NCBI GenBank assembly: GCA_029974275.1
Contig: JARKSN010000125.1
Coordinates: 1 to 36,386 of the forward strand
DNA from: Candidatus Hydrogenedentota bacterium
GTDB lineage: Bacteria > Hydrogenedentota > Hydrogenedentia > Hydrogenedentales > SLHB01
Direction: 5' to 3'
DNA: 36,386 nucleotides
In this document: one piece after another, positions 17,353 through 26,469 of the stretch
How positions within the stretch are numbered: position 1 is the first letter of the stretch
Layout of the letters: each line of letters begins with the position of its first letter
Notes under the pieces: generated by a model
The model's input: only the letters and a program-made list of their open reading frames with translations
The model's database searches: none
Told to the model about the DNA's origin: nothing
Position numbers and translations under genes: made by a program

Positions 17353-18489
17353 ATGCGGATCATGATTACAGGAGGCGGCACGGGCGGGCACGTCTCTCCG
17401 GCGGTCGCTATTTTGGAGGAATTGCAGCGGCGCGACCCGCGCTTGATCGTGCAGTGGGTGGGGCGCCGCGGCGGGATCGAGGAGGGCGTCTGCCAGAATC
17501 TTGCCGTGCCGTTCCGTGCGTTGCCCGTGGAAGGCTGGCCCCGGGGAAAATCCCTCCGGCGCGTCTGGACAGCGATGAAACTCGGCGTCAGCATCGCGCA
17601 ATCGGCGGTCTACCTGCGTCAATTTCGGCCGCAGCTCGTGCTGGGCGTCGGGGGCTACGTATCGTTGCCGCTGATGTACGCCGCGCAACGCATAAACGCG
17701 CCCACCGTCATCCACGAACAAAATCGGCTGCTGGGCATGGCCAACCGCCTGCTGGCGCCGCGCGCGCGCCGCATTTTTCTAAGTTATCCCGTCACCATCG
17801 GCCCCTATCCCAAAGACCGCGCCGTTATCGCGGGCAATCCTGTCCGGGCGGGATTCATCTCGCCGCCCTCTCGGACTGAGGCGCGCGCAGCCCTGAATCT
17901 GGCGAACGATATCCCGGTGTTGCTGATTTGCGGCGGCAGTCAAGGGGCCCATTCGATCAATGCGGCGGTCGCCGAAGCCTTGCCGCTTTTCCCGGACGGC
18001 TCGGTGCAGGTGCTGTGGATGACCGGCAAAGCCGATCTCGCCATGGCGCGCGCGGCGGCCTCGACGGCGGCGGTGCGCGTCGAAGTGTTCGCATACATCC
18101 AGGAAATGCCCCGGGCATGCGCGGCGGCGGACTTGCTGGCAGGACGGGCCGGGGCTTCGAGCACGGCTGAAGTCGCCGTGCTGGGCAAACCATCGATACT
18201 CATTCCTTTTCCCCATGCCGCGGACAACCACCAAGAACAAAACGCCCGCGCTTTTGAAGAAGCGGGGGCGTCTGTGTTGCTGCTCGACAAGGACTTGACC
18301 GGCAAACGGTTGTATGAGACCGTCCAACGGCTTCTCGCCGATCCAGCGGCTCTGGGCGCGATGGGCGAAGCGGCCCGCAGGCTCGCGAAACCCTATGCCG
18401 CCGAAACCATCGCGGAAGAGATCCTCGCGATCGTATTCGGTCAAGCCAGGGCGATGGAACGCGAAGCGGCCCCAAACGACGCGCCGTAG
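17353..18489 (+). CDS. murG: Lipid I N-acetylglucosaminyltransferase MurG
   Basis: MRIMITGGGTGGH, GVGGYVS, IHEQN, GNPVR, GGSQGA, RAGASSTAE, HQEQNA. Confidence 0.95.
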   Translation: MRIMITGGGTGGHVSPAVAILEELQRRDPRLIVQWVGRRGGIEEGVCQNLAVPFRALPVEGWPRGKSLRRVWTAMKLGVSIAQSAVYLRQFRPQLVLGVGGYVSLPLMYAAQRINAPTVIHEQNRLLGMANRLLAPRARRIFLSYPVTIGPYPKDRAVIAGNPVRAGFISPPSRTEARAALNLANDIPVLLICGGSQGAHSINAAVAEALPLFPDGSVQVLWMTGKADLAMARAAASTAAVRVEVFAYIQEMPRACAAADLLAGRAGASSTAEVAVLGKPSILIPFPHAADNHQEQNARAFEEAGASVLLLDKDLTGKRLYETVQRLLADPAALGAMGEAARRLAKPYAAETIAEEILAIVFGQARAMEREAAPNDAP

Positions 18490-18525
18490 CGCCTTGCCGC
18501 ATACACGGCGCGGGGAACATGGGGG

Positions 18526-18945
18526 TCAGGACGCCATCACCACGCCAATCGTCAAGAGCAGGTTCGCATAGATCCGCTGCTCGCCCGTTACAATCTGCAG
18601 GCACGTGTCCGGCCCGCTGGCCTCCTCGTAAAACTCGAAACGATCGAAACGGGTCAGGTCGAGTTCGGGAAGCATCCTGGCGAATTCCGCGAAAATGGCC
18701 GGATCCGATCCGGAATCGGGCTGCATGACGGCGGCATCCTCGATCGGGACCGCCGTGAGCAAAACATCGAGCACTTCCGTGACGGTTGGCTTGCCCGGGG
18801 CCAGGTTGAGGTACACCAAAGCGGCGTTTTCGCCCACGCGGGTGCTGGCGGGATAGTTGCCGTCCGTAATCAATATTTTGGAGCCATGACCGGCCGCCGC
18901 CAAGGCATCGAGTATCTCGGGATGTATCAGGCGTTGCTTGAGCAT
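18526..18945 (-). CDS. RbsD/FucU family sugar mutarotase/pyranase
   Basis: HPEILDALAAAGHGSKILITDGNYP ... RFEFYE ... TGEQRIYANLLLTIGVV. Confidence 0.9.
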   Translation of the reverse strand: MLKQRLIHPEILDALAAAGHGSKILITDGNYPASTRVGENAALVYLNLAPGKPTVTEVLDVLLTAVPIEDAAVMQPDSGSDPAIFAEFARMLPELDLTRFDRFEFYEEASGPDTCLQIVTGEQRIYANLLLTIGVVMAS

Positions 18946-19017
18946 GCCGCGGATTCCTCCTTTTTCCCTCCGTTTCGTGCAGATGCCCGCCCCGACAAAA
19001 CCGGGCCGGGCAAAGCG

Positions 19018-19046
19018 ATTCTATCGTCCTGCGCCACGGCATGCAA
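19018..19046 (-). promoter_or_regulatory. Sigma70-type promoter for the RbsD/FucU gene
   Basis: TTGCAT, 17 nt, TAGAAT on the minus strand. Confidence 0.5.
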
Positions 19047-19081
19047 GGGGACAAACATGCGGCCCGCTGCACGCCGGGGGC

Positions 19082-19110
19082 TTGCGAATCCCGGCCCCGT
19101 CCGGTACAGT
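19082..19110 (+). promoter_or_regulatory. Sigma70-type promoter for the ABC permease-sulfotransferase unit
   Basis: TTGCGA, 17 nt, TACAGT; divergent from the FucU promoter. Confidence 0.45.
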
Positions 19111-19156
19111 TTTGTGCGAGCGGGACGCCAATCCGCCGGAGGAGAATTGTCAAGCC

Positions 19157-20269
19157 GTGTTCAGGGGCATTTCGGCCATCGTATACAAAGAAATGATTCA
19201 CGTGGCCCGCGATCCGCGGACCCTGTTTCTCATGCTGTTGATCCCAGGCATCCAGCTTACCATCTTCGGCTACGCCATCGATCTGGACGTCCGCAACATC
19301 GAGACCGTGATCTACAACCTCGACGGACGCGCGGAAAGCCGCGCCCTGCTCGACAGTTTTCAAAATTCCGGCACGTTCCACATCGTCGCCACGGCCCGAT
19401 CCGACGAGGCGTTTCAGCGGGCAATCGTCAGCGGACACGCCAAGGTAGGCATCAAAATCCCCCCGGACTACACCGATCGCATCCTGCGCGGAGAGCCCGT
19501 CGCAATCCAAACGCTGATCGACGGCAGCAACTCGACGGTCGCCATGCAAGCCCTCAACGTGACCAACGCCATCGCGCTGCGGAAATCCATCGCGGCGATC
19601 GCAAGCACGTCCGGCCTGAACGCGCCGCCCATCGAAGCGCGCCCGCGCGTGCTGTTCAACCCCGACATGAAAACCGCGAACTTCATGGTGCCCGGCCTGG
19701 TGGGAATCGTGATGCAAGTCGTGACGATGTTCTTGACGGCCTTCGCCATCGTGCGTGAAAAAGAAACCGGCACCCTCGAACAAATCATGGTGACGCCGGT
19801 GTCGCGCCTGGGGCTGATGATGGGCAAACTCGTGCCTTTCGGCATCATCGGCGCGTTCGAAACCTCGATGGTGCTGCTGATCATGCGCTACGTCTTCAGC
19901 GTCCCCATCGCCGGAAACCTCGTTCTTCTGGCGGGATTCTCCCTCCTGTTTCTCTTCACCTCGCTCGGGCTCGGCCTGTTCGTATCCGCCATCGCCCAAA
20001 CGCAAATGCAAGCCGTCCAGCTGGCCTTCGTCATCGTGCTGCCCTCGATCCTGTTGTCGGGCTTCATTTTCCCGCAAGAATCGATGCCAACGCCGATTTA
20101 CGTCATCGCCAAACTCATCCCCGCCACCTACTTCATCCAAATGCTCCGCGGCATCATCCTGCGAGGCGCAGGCATCGCCGATCTCTGGCCGCAGGCCCTC
20201 ATCCTTGCGGGAATGGGACTGACCATCCTTCTGATCAGCGCCACCCGTTTCCGCAAAACCCTCGCATGA
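19157..20269 (+). CDS. ABC-2 type exporter permease (YbhS/YbhR-like)
   Basis: KEMIHVARDPRTL, FGYAIDLDVRNI, FMVPGLVG, IVREKETGTLEQIMVTP, LLSGFIFP. GTG start at 19157 after a GGAGGAG SD. Confidence 0.9.
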   Translation: MFRGISAIVYKEMIHVARDPRTLFLMLLIPGIQLTIFGYAIDLDVRNIETVIYNLDGRAESRALLDSFQNSGTFHIVATARSDEAFQRAIVSGHAKVGIKIPPDYTDRILRGEPVAIQTLIDGSNSTVAMQALNVTNAIALRKSIAAIASTSGLNAPPIEARPRVLFNPDMKTANFMVPGLVGIVMQVVTMFLTAFAIVREKETGTLEQIMVTPVSRLGLMMGKLVPFGIIGAFETSMVLLIMRYVFSVPIAGNLVLLAGFSLLFLFTSLGLGLFVSAIAQTQMQAVQLAFVIVLPSILLSGFIFPQESMPTPIYVIAKLIPATYFIQMLRGIILRGAGIADLWPQALILAGMGLTILLISATRFRKTLA

Positions 20270-20294
20270 CGTCACCCCAACCTCCGAGGAATCC

Positions 20295-21437
20295 ATGAGC
20301 AAGAAAAAACAAAAAGAGCCTTTCATGAGCCACCTGAACCCGCTGGCGGGCGGCTCCTTCACAAACTGGGCGCGGCTGCTCGTCCGCGGCGGCGGCGTCT
20401 CGCCGCGCCATCTGCCCAAAGCTCTGTACGTAACCGCCTCCACCATGATCTTCGCCCCCTTCCGAGTCTGGGAAAAATGGCGCTACGGAGCCGCCATCGA
20501 ACACACCCCGATCGACGCCCCCCCGATTTTCATCCTCGGCCATTGGCGCACCGGCACCACCTTCCTGCACAACCTCATGAGCATGGACCCGCGCCTGGGC
20601 TGCGTGCTCACCTACCAAACCATCGCGCCGGAGTTCTCCCTCGTAAACCAAGGCGCCTTCAAATCGCTCGTCCGCCTGATCCTCCCCCACTACCGGCCCC
20701 AAGACAACGTCGAATACCACCCCGATCTGCCGCAGGAAGAGGAAGTGGGCATCCCCAGCGTTTGCCCCTATTCCTTCTACGCCGGCTACTTTTTCCCGCG
20801 CCTCCAGCGCCCCTACTTCGACCGATACGTCCTCTTCGACGGCATCTCTCCCGAAGAAAAAACGGATTGGCAGCGGGTCTACCTCTACTTCCTCAAGAAA
20901 GCCGCCTACTGCGCCGGAGGAAAACGCTTGCTCCTCAAAAACCCCGTAAACACGGGCCGCGTCAAAGCCCTGCTCGAACTGTTCCCCGACGCGAAATTCC
21001 TCCACATCTACCGGAATCCCTACGTTACCTACCGGTCCACCGTGAACCTCTACCACAAAATGCTTCGCATCAGCGCCTTCCAACCCTACGCGCACGAGGA
21101 AATCGCCGAAAACACCCTGTTGTTCTTTGAAAAAATGATGCGGCGCTATTTCGAACAACGCGCGCTCATCCCCGAGGGAAACCTCGTCGAAATCCGCTTC
21201 GAAGAATTCGAAAAGCGCCCTCTGGAAATGCTGGAAGACGCCTACGCCCGCTTGGCCCTCCCCGGATTCACCGAAGCCGAACCCCGTTTCCGCGCCTACC
21301 TGGCCACCTTGAAGGACTATAAGAAGAACCAATACGACATGGATGCCGCCACCGCCCGCGCCATCCGCGACCGATGGGGTTTCGCCTTCGACGAGTGGGG
21401 CTACGACCTCCCCGCCGAAATGCGTCTGACCGGCTGA
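20295..21437 (+). CDS. Sulfotransferase family protein (PAPS-dependent)
   Basis: 5'-PSB-like PIFILGHWRTGTTFLHNL, PQEEE, LLLKNPVNTGR, FLHIYRNPY (3'-PB-like). Confidence 0.88.
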   Translation: MSKKKQKEPFMSHLNPLAGGSFTNWARLLVRGGGVSPRHLPKALYVTASTMIFAPFRVWEKWRYGAAIEHTPIDAPPIFILGHWRTGTTFLHNLMSMDPRLGCVLTYQTIAPEFSLVNQGAFKSLVRLILPHYRPQDNVEYHPDLPQEEEVGIPSVCPYSFYAGYFFPRLQRPYFDRYVLFDGISPEEKTDWQRVYLYFLKKAAYCAGGKRLLLKNPVNTGRVKALLELFPDAKFLHIYRNPYVTYRSTVNLYHKMLRISAFQPYAHEEIAENTLLFFEKMMRRYFEQRALIPEGNLVEIRFEEFEKRPLEMLEDAYARLALPGFTEAEPRFRAYLATLKDYKKNQYDMDAATARAIRDRWGFAFDEWGYDLPAEMRLTG

Positions 21438-21469
21438 CGCCTCGCGATCGCGCCATGCGATCCCCGAAA

Positions 21470-21498
21470 TTGCTTCCCAAAACGCGCTCGTCTACACT
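21470..21498 (+). promoter_or_regulatory. Sigma70-type promoter for the DUF2961 gene
   Basis: TTGCTT, 17 nt, TACACT. Confidence 0.45.
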
Positions 21499-21554
21499 GC
21501 GCCCCTGCGGATAGGCCGCGTCCGGCGCATTTTCGCCGCTGAAAGGAATGCAAC

Positions 21555-22640
21555 ATGATAGAGATTTATGGTTCCCCCCTGTACAGCCCGACCCTGAAGA
21601 GCCGCGCTATCTGCGCCGAGAACCCGACGGGCGCCCCCGGCGAAGGCGGCAAGGCGCAGCAAGGACGCAAGGGCAGCGCGTTCCTGCCGAATCTCGAAAA
21701 AGGCATGACGTATGCCTTCGCCGAAATCGAGGGGCCCGGGGCCATCCGCCACATCTGGATCACCCTCCCCAAACGCTATCCGCACATGCTGCGCAACCTG
21801 ATCCTGCGCTTCTATTGGGAAGGACAGGAGACCCCGTCCGTGGAGGCGCCGATCAGCGACTTTTTCGGCGTGAGCCACGGACGCACGGCGCCTTTCGAGA
21901 ACGCCTTTCAGCTCATGGCCGAGGGCAAAGGCTTCAACAGCTACTTCTACATGCCGTTTGCGAAGAAGGCCAAACTCACGATCACGAACGAGGCCGAGGA
22001 AGACCTGGGCATGTTTTTCTATCAGGTCGACTACACCCTCGGCGACCCGGTGGACGCCGATACCCCGCTGTTTCATGCCCAATTCCGGCGCGTTGCAAAC
22101 ACGACCCTGTATGAAGATTTCGTGATCCTCGACGGGGTCGAGGGCAAGGGACGCTTCCTGGGAGTGAACTTCGGCTTGATCGATCGCTATGCCGCCTACA
22201 ACGTCTGGTGGGGCGAGGGCGAGGTGAAGATGTACCTCGACGACGACACGGATTATCCGACGATCTGCGGCACGGGATCGGAAGATTACGCGTGCAGCGC
22301 ATGGGGCTTGGGCCAATTCCATGCGCGCGAATGCGGCGCCCCGTTCATACAAGGAGCATACGTGTCCTTCTACCGCTTCCACGTAAGCGATCCCATCTAT
22401 TTCTCAAAACGCATCAAGGTCGCGATCCAGCAAATCGGCAACGACGGCGTGGTCGGCCCCGAGACCGAGGACGGCCGCCTGGGCAAATTCGTCCGCGCCG
22501 GCGAATACAAAAAAGACTACGAAGGCGGCAACTACGAGCGCTGCGACGACGTATGCGCCACCGCCTACTGGTACCAGACCGTTCCGACCGCGCCGTTCCC
22601 CGCGTTTCCCGACAAAGCATTGCGCAGCCACAACCTGTAG
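21555..22640 (+). CDS. DUF2961 / GH172-like glycoside hydrolase
   Basis: ENPTGAPGEGG, GPGAIRHIWIT, PSVEAPISDFFG, NSYFYMPF, WWGEGEVKMYLD, GTGSEDY, ATAYWYQ. Confidence 0.88.
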   Translation: MIEIYGSPLYSPTLKSRAICAENPTGAPGEGGKAQQGRKGSAFLPNLEKGMTYAFAEIEGPGAIRHIWITLPKRYPHMLRNLILRFYWEGQETPSVEAPISDFFGVSHGRTAPFENAFQLMAEGKGFNSYFYMPFAKKAKLTITNEAEEDLGMFFYQVDYTLGDPVDADTPLFHAQFRRVANTTLYEDFVILDGVEGKGRFLGVNFGLIDRYAAYNVWWGEGEVKMYLDDDTDYPTICGTGSEDYACSAWGLGQFHARECGAPFIQGAYVSFYRFHVSDPIYFSKRIKVAIQQIGNDGVVGPETEDGRLGKFVRAGEYKKDYEGGNYERCDDVCATAYWYQTVPTAPFPAFPDKALRSHNL

Positions 22641-22664
22641 CCCCCTGCCTCCGCGCAGGGGGTT
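22639..22664 (+). terminator. GC-rich hairpin directly after the DUF2961 stop (possible terminator)
   Basis: CCCCCTGC-ctccgc-GCAGGGGG, 8-bp stem, only a short T run. Confidence 0.4.
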
Positions 22665-22691
22665 GACACCATGCGACGCCGCTCCTACAAT
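22663..22691 (+). promoter_or_regulatory. Near-consensus sigma70 promoter
   Basis: TTGACA (22663-22668), 17 nt, TACAAT (22686-22691). Confidence 0.65.
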
Positions 22692-22719
22692 GCATTCATC
22701 ACGAAGCGGCGTCGCATGG
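22669..22719. repeat. Perfect 15-bp inverted repeat with a 21-nt spacer containing the -10 box
   Basis: CCATGCGACGCCGCT (22669-22683) / AGCGGCGTCGCATGG (22705-22719). Confidence 0.9.
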
Positions 22720-22836
22720 AACGCACGACCGGAAAACGCAGCAAGGGCGCGGGCACAAGACGCCCGCCAGCCAGGCAAACCAGCGACGCGGAACGTCGGG
22801 CCACGGACTGCTCAGTCAGGAAGGAATCTTCTTGCC

Positions 22837-23607
22837 ATGAAAAAACACGGGGTCGTTTGGGCGGTTTTCCTTGTCTGCGCGGTCATGGCGACCGCTCAGG
22901 AAATGCCGGAGCAAACGGAAGGATCTCCCCCGCCGCCGCTGCCTTCCGCGCCCGACAACACGGCATCTCCGGCGGAACCGGGCGCGACGCCGGGCGAGGC
23001 CCCGCAGCTTTTGCCCGGAGACGTCATCACCCTGAAGAATGGCAGCGTGCTCAGCGGCGTGCAGGTGCTCAAGAAAACCCCCACGGATTACGAAGTGGAG
23101 ATATTGGAAGGATCGGTGACTTTGAGCATTCCGCGAGACCAAGTCAAGTCGATCGAATACGACGCCAAGGAGCCCTCGGAAGACCGCGCCAGGGGCATCG
23201 ATAACACAGGCAAGAAAACGCCCAGCGAATTTCCCGGCCAGCGCATTTCGCCCGCCTTGAGCGCCAAATTGGGCGCGGACCTATCCGACCAACCCATCGT
23301 CTACGAGAACGCGGATCTCGTAGACGTAATGAACGATCTATCCAAACGAACGAGCATCGCCATCGAGGTCGGACAGCCGGCGCTCGACATCCCCGCCGAC
23401 CAACGGAAATGGTCGTTTCAGACACAACCCGGCAAAACGACCCTCTTCAATCTGCTGCGGGACGCAATGCCCAATCGCTTTCCATCGCTCGAAGCCGTCT
23501 TCGCATTTGACAAGATTCTCGTGACGTCGCGGGAAGCGGCCCAAACGCTCAACAAGGCTCCATCGGAAAGCTCCGCTCCGGCCCCGACTCCGCCTGAACA
23601 AAGCTGA
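22837..23607 (+). CDS. Secreted hypothetical protein (Pro-rich linkers; DVITLKNG domain; STN-like C-terminal domain)
   Basis: Signal peptide MKKHGVVWAVFLVCAVMATA; AGGAAGGA SD; 256 aa. Confidence 0.75.
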   Translation: MKKHGVVWAVFLVCAVMATAQEMPEQTEGSPPPPLPSAPDNTASPAEPGATPGEAPQLLPGDVITLKNGSVLSGVQVLKKTPTDYEVEILEGSVTLSIPRDQVKSIEYDAKEPSEDRARGIDNTGKKTPSEFPGQRISPALSAKLGADLSDQPIVYENADLVDVMNDLSKRTSIAIEVGQPALDIPADQRKWSFQTQPGKTTLFNLLRDAMPNRFPSLEAVFAFDKILVTSREAAQTLNKAPSESSAPAPTPPEQS

Positions 23608-23678
23608 TACACGATTCGACGCCTCTCTTGCGGCGCGCTTGTCGAGCGCCGCAAGAGAGACACGCCGTTCGCCCTTCC

Positions 23679-24416
23679 TCACTTTGCCAAAATCTGTTTT
23701 AGGGCGCCAAGTCTGCGCCTTGCCAGCAACCCTGCAAGACCGGCCCCAAGCAACGACATCGTCGCCGGTTCGGGAACGATCACCCCAATGCCCTGTATCT
23801 CGATCACGAGATCGTTGTAGTCGTTGTCATGACGGAGCGAGTTCTGGGGCAAGTCCTCCCACCCAATCAAATAGGTGTTCGCGAGAGGCGTCTTGAACGT
23901 CACCATGTGATCGTGGCCGCCTACATCGTCCTGGTTGCGCCACGCCTCCGAGAAGAAGCGATGCAAGTAGTCGTTGCCGCCGAAATTATAGGTGTCCGTG
24001 CTCGTGCCGGGGTCGATATAGAAACCGAAATTGCCGGCAATCGGGCCAAAAAGGTATTCGGCCTGCGGCAACGATCCCGACCCGCCCGTCACCGAGAAAA
24101 TCGGCGTCAAGGTGGTCACCGGCCCTCCGCCGGTTGGCTGATACCAACCGAACACGTTGTTGAGGCCGGCATAGCGAACGATGAACTTCACCTTGTTGGA
24201 TGTGCTCAACAGGTTGAAGACCTCGTCCGCTCCCGCCTGCGGACTCAAATTGCTGTTTGCATAGTCAGGTCCTCCGTACAAATTGTTGTAAATTTCGTAC
24301 ACATTGAGTTCCGGATCGCCCGGACCCCATATGTCGCTGATTACCGTCGCCGAGACGTTCACGGACCACACGAGTCCTAGCGTCAACAGCACTGCGCCGA
24401 CCCTGCTCTTTCTCAT
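23679..24416 (-). CDS. PEP-CTERM sorting-domain surface protein (DUF4114-like domain)
   Basis: Signal peptide; IGWEDL...DNDYNDLVI; C-terminal VPEPATMSLLGAGLAGLLARRR. GGGAGG SD. Confidence 0.9.
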   Translation of the reverse strand: MRKSRVGAVLLTLGLVWSVNVSATVISDIWGPGDPELNVYEIYNNLYGGPDYANSNLSPQAGADEVFNLLSTSNKVKFIVRYAGLNNVFGWYQPTGGGPVTTLTPIFSVTGGSGSLPQAEYLFGPIAGNFGFYIDPGTSTDTYNFGGNDYLHRFFSEAWRNQDDVGGHDHMVTFKTPLANTYLIGWEDLPQNSLRHDNDYNDLVIEIQGIGVIVPEPATMSLLGAGLAGLLARRRLGALKQILAK

Positions 24417-24519
24417 TTCTCTTCCTCCCATCTCCGTGATTGCTTCGCCGTGGTTTTTACCCGCATACTGCCGCATGGAAAGGCAAACAGCCGCTTCACG
24501 GGATTCATTCCTTAAAATC

Positions 24520-24550
24520 ATTATATTTTTTGTCGTGTTTATTCCCTCAA
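24520..24550 (-). promoter_or_regulatory. Possible promoter for the PEP-CTERM gene
   Basis: TTGAGG, 19 nt, TATAAT in an AT-rich patch. The spacer is longer than ideal. Confidence 0.35.
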
Positions 24551-24712
24551 GCCACGCCCAGAAACCAGAACGAGGAAGAAATCCCGCAAAACCCTGGCTT
24601 CAAAGGGCCAAGTTGCGACGGATAGGGGTTTCGCGATAGGCTCTCGCGTGCGCATGCGCCCCACCGGCGCGGCAATTCAGTGGCAGGCCGAAACATCATC
24701 GAAGAATGGACC

Positions 24713-26434
24713 ATGTGGAAGCAATATGTTGACCCGTTTGACAACATAGCCTTGTCCGCGGCCCTTGCGGCGGCGCCGATCCTCTTTCTTTTTTGGGCGC
24801 TCGCCATACGGCGCATGAAGGGCCATGTCGCCGGTCCGCTCACCCTGGCCTTGGCGTTTGTGCTGGCCGTCGCCGTCTACCGCATGCCCCTTTCCCTCGC
24901 CCTGATCGCGGCGGGACACGGGGCGGGCTTTGCACTCTTCCCGGTGGGCTGGATCATTTTGCCGGCGGTCTTTCTGCACGCGGTCACCCAGCGCACGGGC
25001 CAGTTCGAGGCGCTCAAAGAGTCCATCACGCACGTCAGCGGCGATCGACGCATCCAGGCAATGCTGATTGCGTTCTGTTTCGGCGCGTTGCTTGAAGGAA
25101 CCACCGGTTTCGGCGCGCCGGTGGCGGTCTCCGCCGGCATCCTCGCCGGGCTTGGCTTTCCCGCGATCGAAGCGGCGACCCTTTGTCTGGTGGCCAATAC
25201 GGTCCCGGTCGCGTTCGCGTCGCTGGGCATTCCGATCCTCGTCGCGTCGCAAGTGACGGCGTTGCCGGAGATGGCCATTTCGCAAATGGTGGGCCGCCAG
25301 CTTCCATTGCTCGCGTTGCTCGTTCCCTTCTGGTTGGCGGCGATCATCGACGGGCGCCGGGGATTGCGCGAAACATGGCCCGCGGCGGCGGTTTCGGGCA
25401 GTGTTTTCGCGATCGTGCAATGGTGGAGTTCGAACTACCTGGGCCCTACCTTGCCCGGACTGCTCTCGGCGGCGGCGTCCATCGTGGCGCTGGCGCTGTT
25501 GCTCCGGTTCTGGCATCCGGCCGTCCCCGCTGCGGGCAACGAAGCGCTTGAAGCGCGTCCAGGGTTTCGCCGGCAGGCCTATGGGTGGAGCCCGTACCTT
25601 ATCCTCTGCGTTTTCGTTGCGGTATGGGGTCTCCCCGCAACCAAAGCGCTGCTCGACCAGACCTCCATCGCGCTGCACGTGCCCATCCTGGACGGCGCCA
25701 TTGAGTCGGGCATGACCGGAAAACCTGTTCCCGCGACATTCGCCTTCAACTGGCTCGCGACGCCCGGCACGGCGATCTTCCTCGCCGCGTCGCTCTCGGG
25801 ATTGAGTCAAGGGATCGGCGTAGGCGCCTTGGCGCGACTGTTTGTCAAAACGGCGTGGTCATTGCGGATGGCATTCGTCACGATCGCGGCCATGCTCGCG
25901 TACGCCTACCTCGGCAACGCCTCCGGCATGACCATCACGCTGGGTCTCGCCATCGCCTCGACCGGCGCGCTGTTCCCCTTGCTTTCCCCCGTGCTTGGCT
26001 GGCTCGGCGTGCTGATCACCGGGTCCGACACCTCGTCCAACGCCATCTTTGGAAAACTGCAAAGCGTCACCGCCGACAAGGCAGGGGTCGATCCCGTGCT
26101 GATGGTCGCCGCGAACTGTTCGGGCGGCGTTTCCGGAAAGATGGTGTCGCCGCAATCGCTGGCGATCGCCGCCGCCGCCGCAGGACTCGCCGGAAAGGAA
26201 CCGGACCTCTTCCGCGCCTGTATTCGCCACAGTCTTGTTTTTCTTGCCGCGATCATGGCGTTGACGTTTCTCCAGGCACATGTCCTGAAGGGGATGATAC
26301 CCGACGCGGCGATCGGCTCTTTGGCCGCGCGGCAAGCGCCGGCGCCCTCCCTTGCGTGGGGCATCTTGGCGACCGCGGGAGTCGCGGTTACAACGATTCT
26401 CTTGTTGGCGAAACGCCCCCCCGCCGCATCATGA
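24713..26434 (+). CDS. lctP: L-lactate permease (LctP family)
   Basis: DRRIQAMLIAFCFGALLEGTTGFGAPVA, VANTVPVAF, TGSDTSSNAIFGKLQ, GKMVSPQSLAIA. Confidence 0.92.
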   Translation: MWKQYVDPFDNIALSAALAAAPILFLFWALAIRRMKGHVAGPLTLALAFVLAVAVYRMPLSLALIAAGHGAGFALFPVGWIILPAVFLHAVTQRTGQFEALKESITHVSGDRRIQAMLIAFCFGALLEGTTGFGAPVAVSAGILAGLGFPAIEAATLCLVANTVPVAFASLGIPILVASQVTALPEMAISQMVGRQLPLLALLVPFWLAAIIDGRRGLRETWPAAAVSGSVFAIVQWWSSNYLGPTLPGLLSAAASIVALALLLRFWHPAVPAAGNEALEARPGFRRQAYGWSPYLILCVFVAVWGLPATKALLDQTSIALHVPILDGAIESGMTGKPVPATFAFNWLATPGTAIFLAASLSGLSQGIGVGALARLFVKTAWSLRMAFVTIAAMLAYAYLGNASGMTITLGLAIASTGALFPLLSPVLGWLGVLITGSDTSSNAIFGKLQSVTADKAGVDPVLMVAANCSGGVSGKMVSPQSLAIAAAAAGLAGKEPDLFRACIRHSLVFLAAIMALTFLQAHVLKGMIPDAAIGSLAARQAPAPSLAWGILATAGVAVTTILLLAKRPPAAS

Positions 26435-26469
26435 ACGCAGGGATATGTCGAGGACTGACAAGCCCAAAG

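Noticed and set aside
24482..24488. GGCAAAC, resembling the start of a c-di-GMP-I riboswitch
   Set aside because: The following GNRA hairpin and GCAAAG elements are absent, and it is on the wrong strand for the PEP-CTERM leader.
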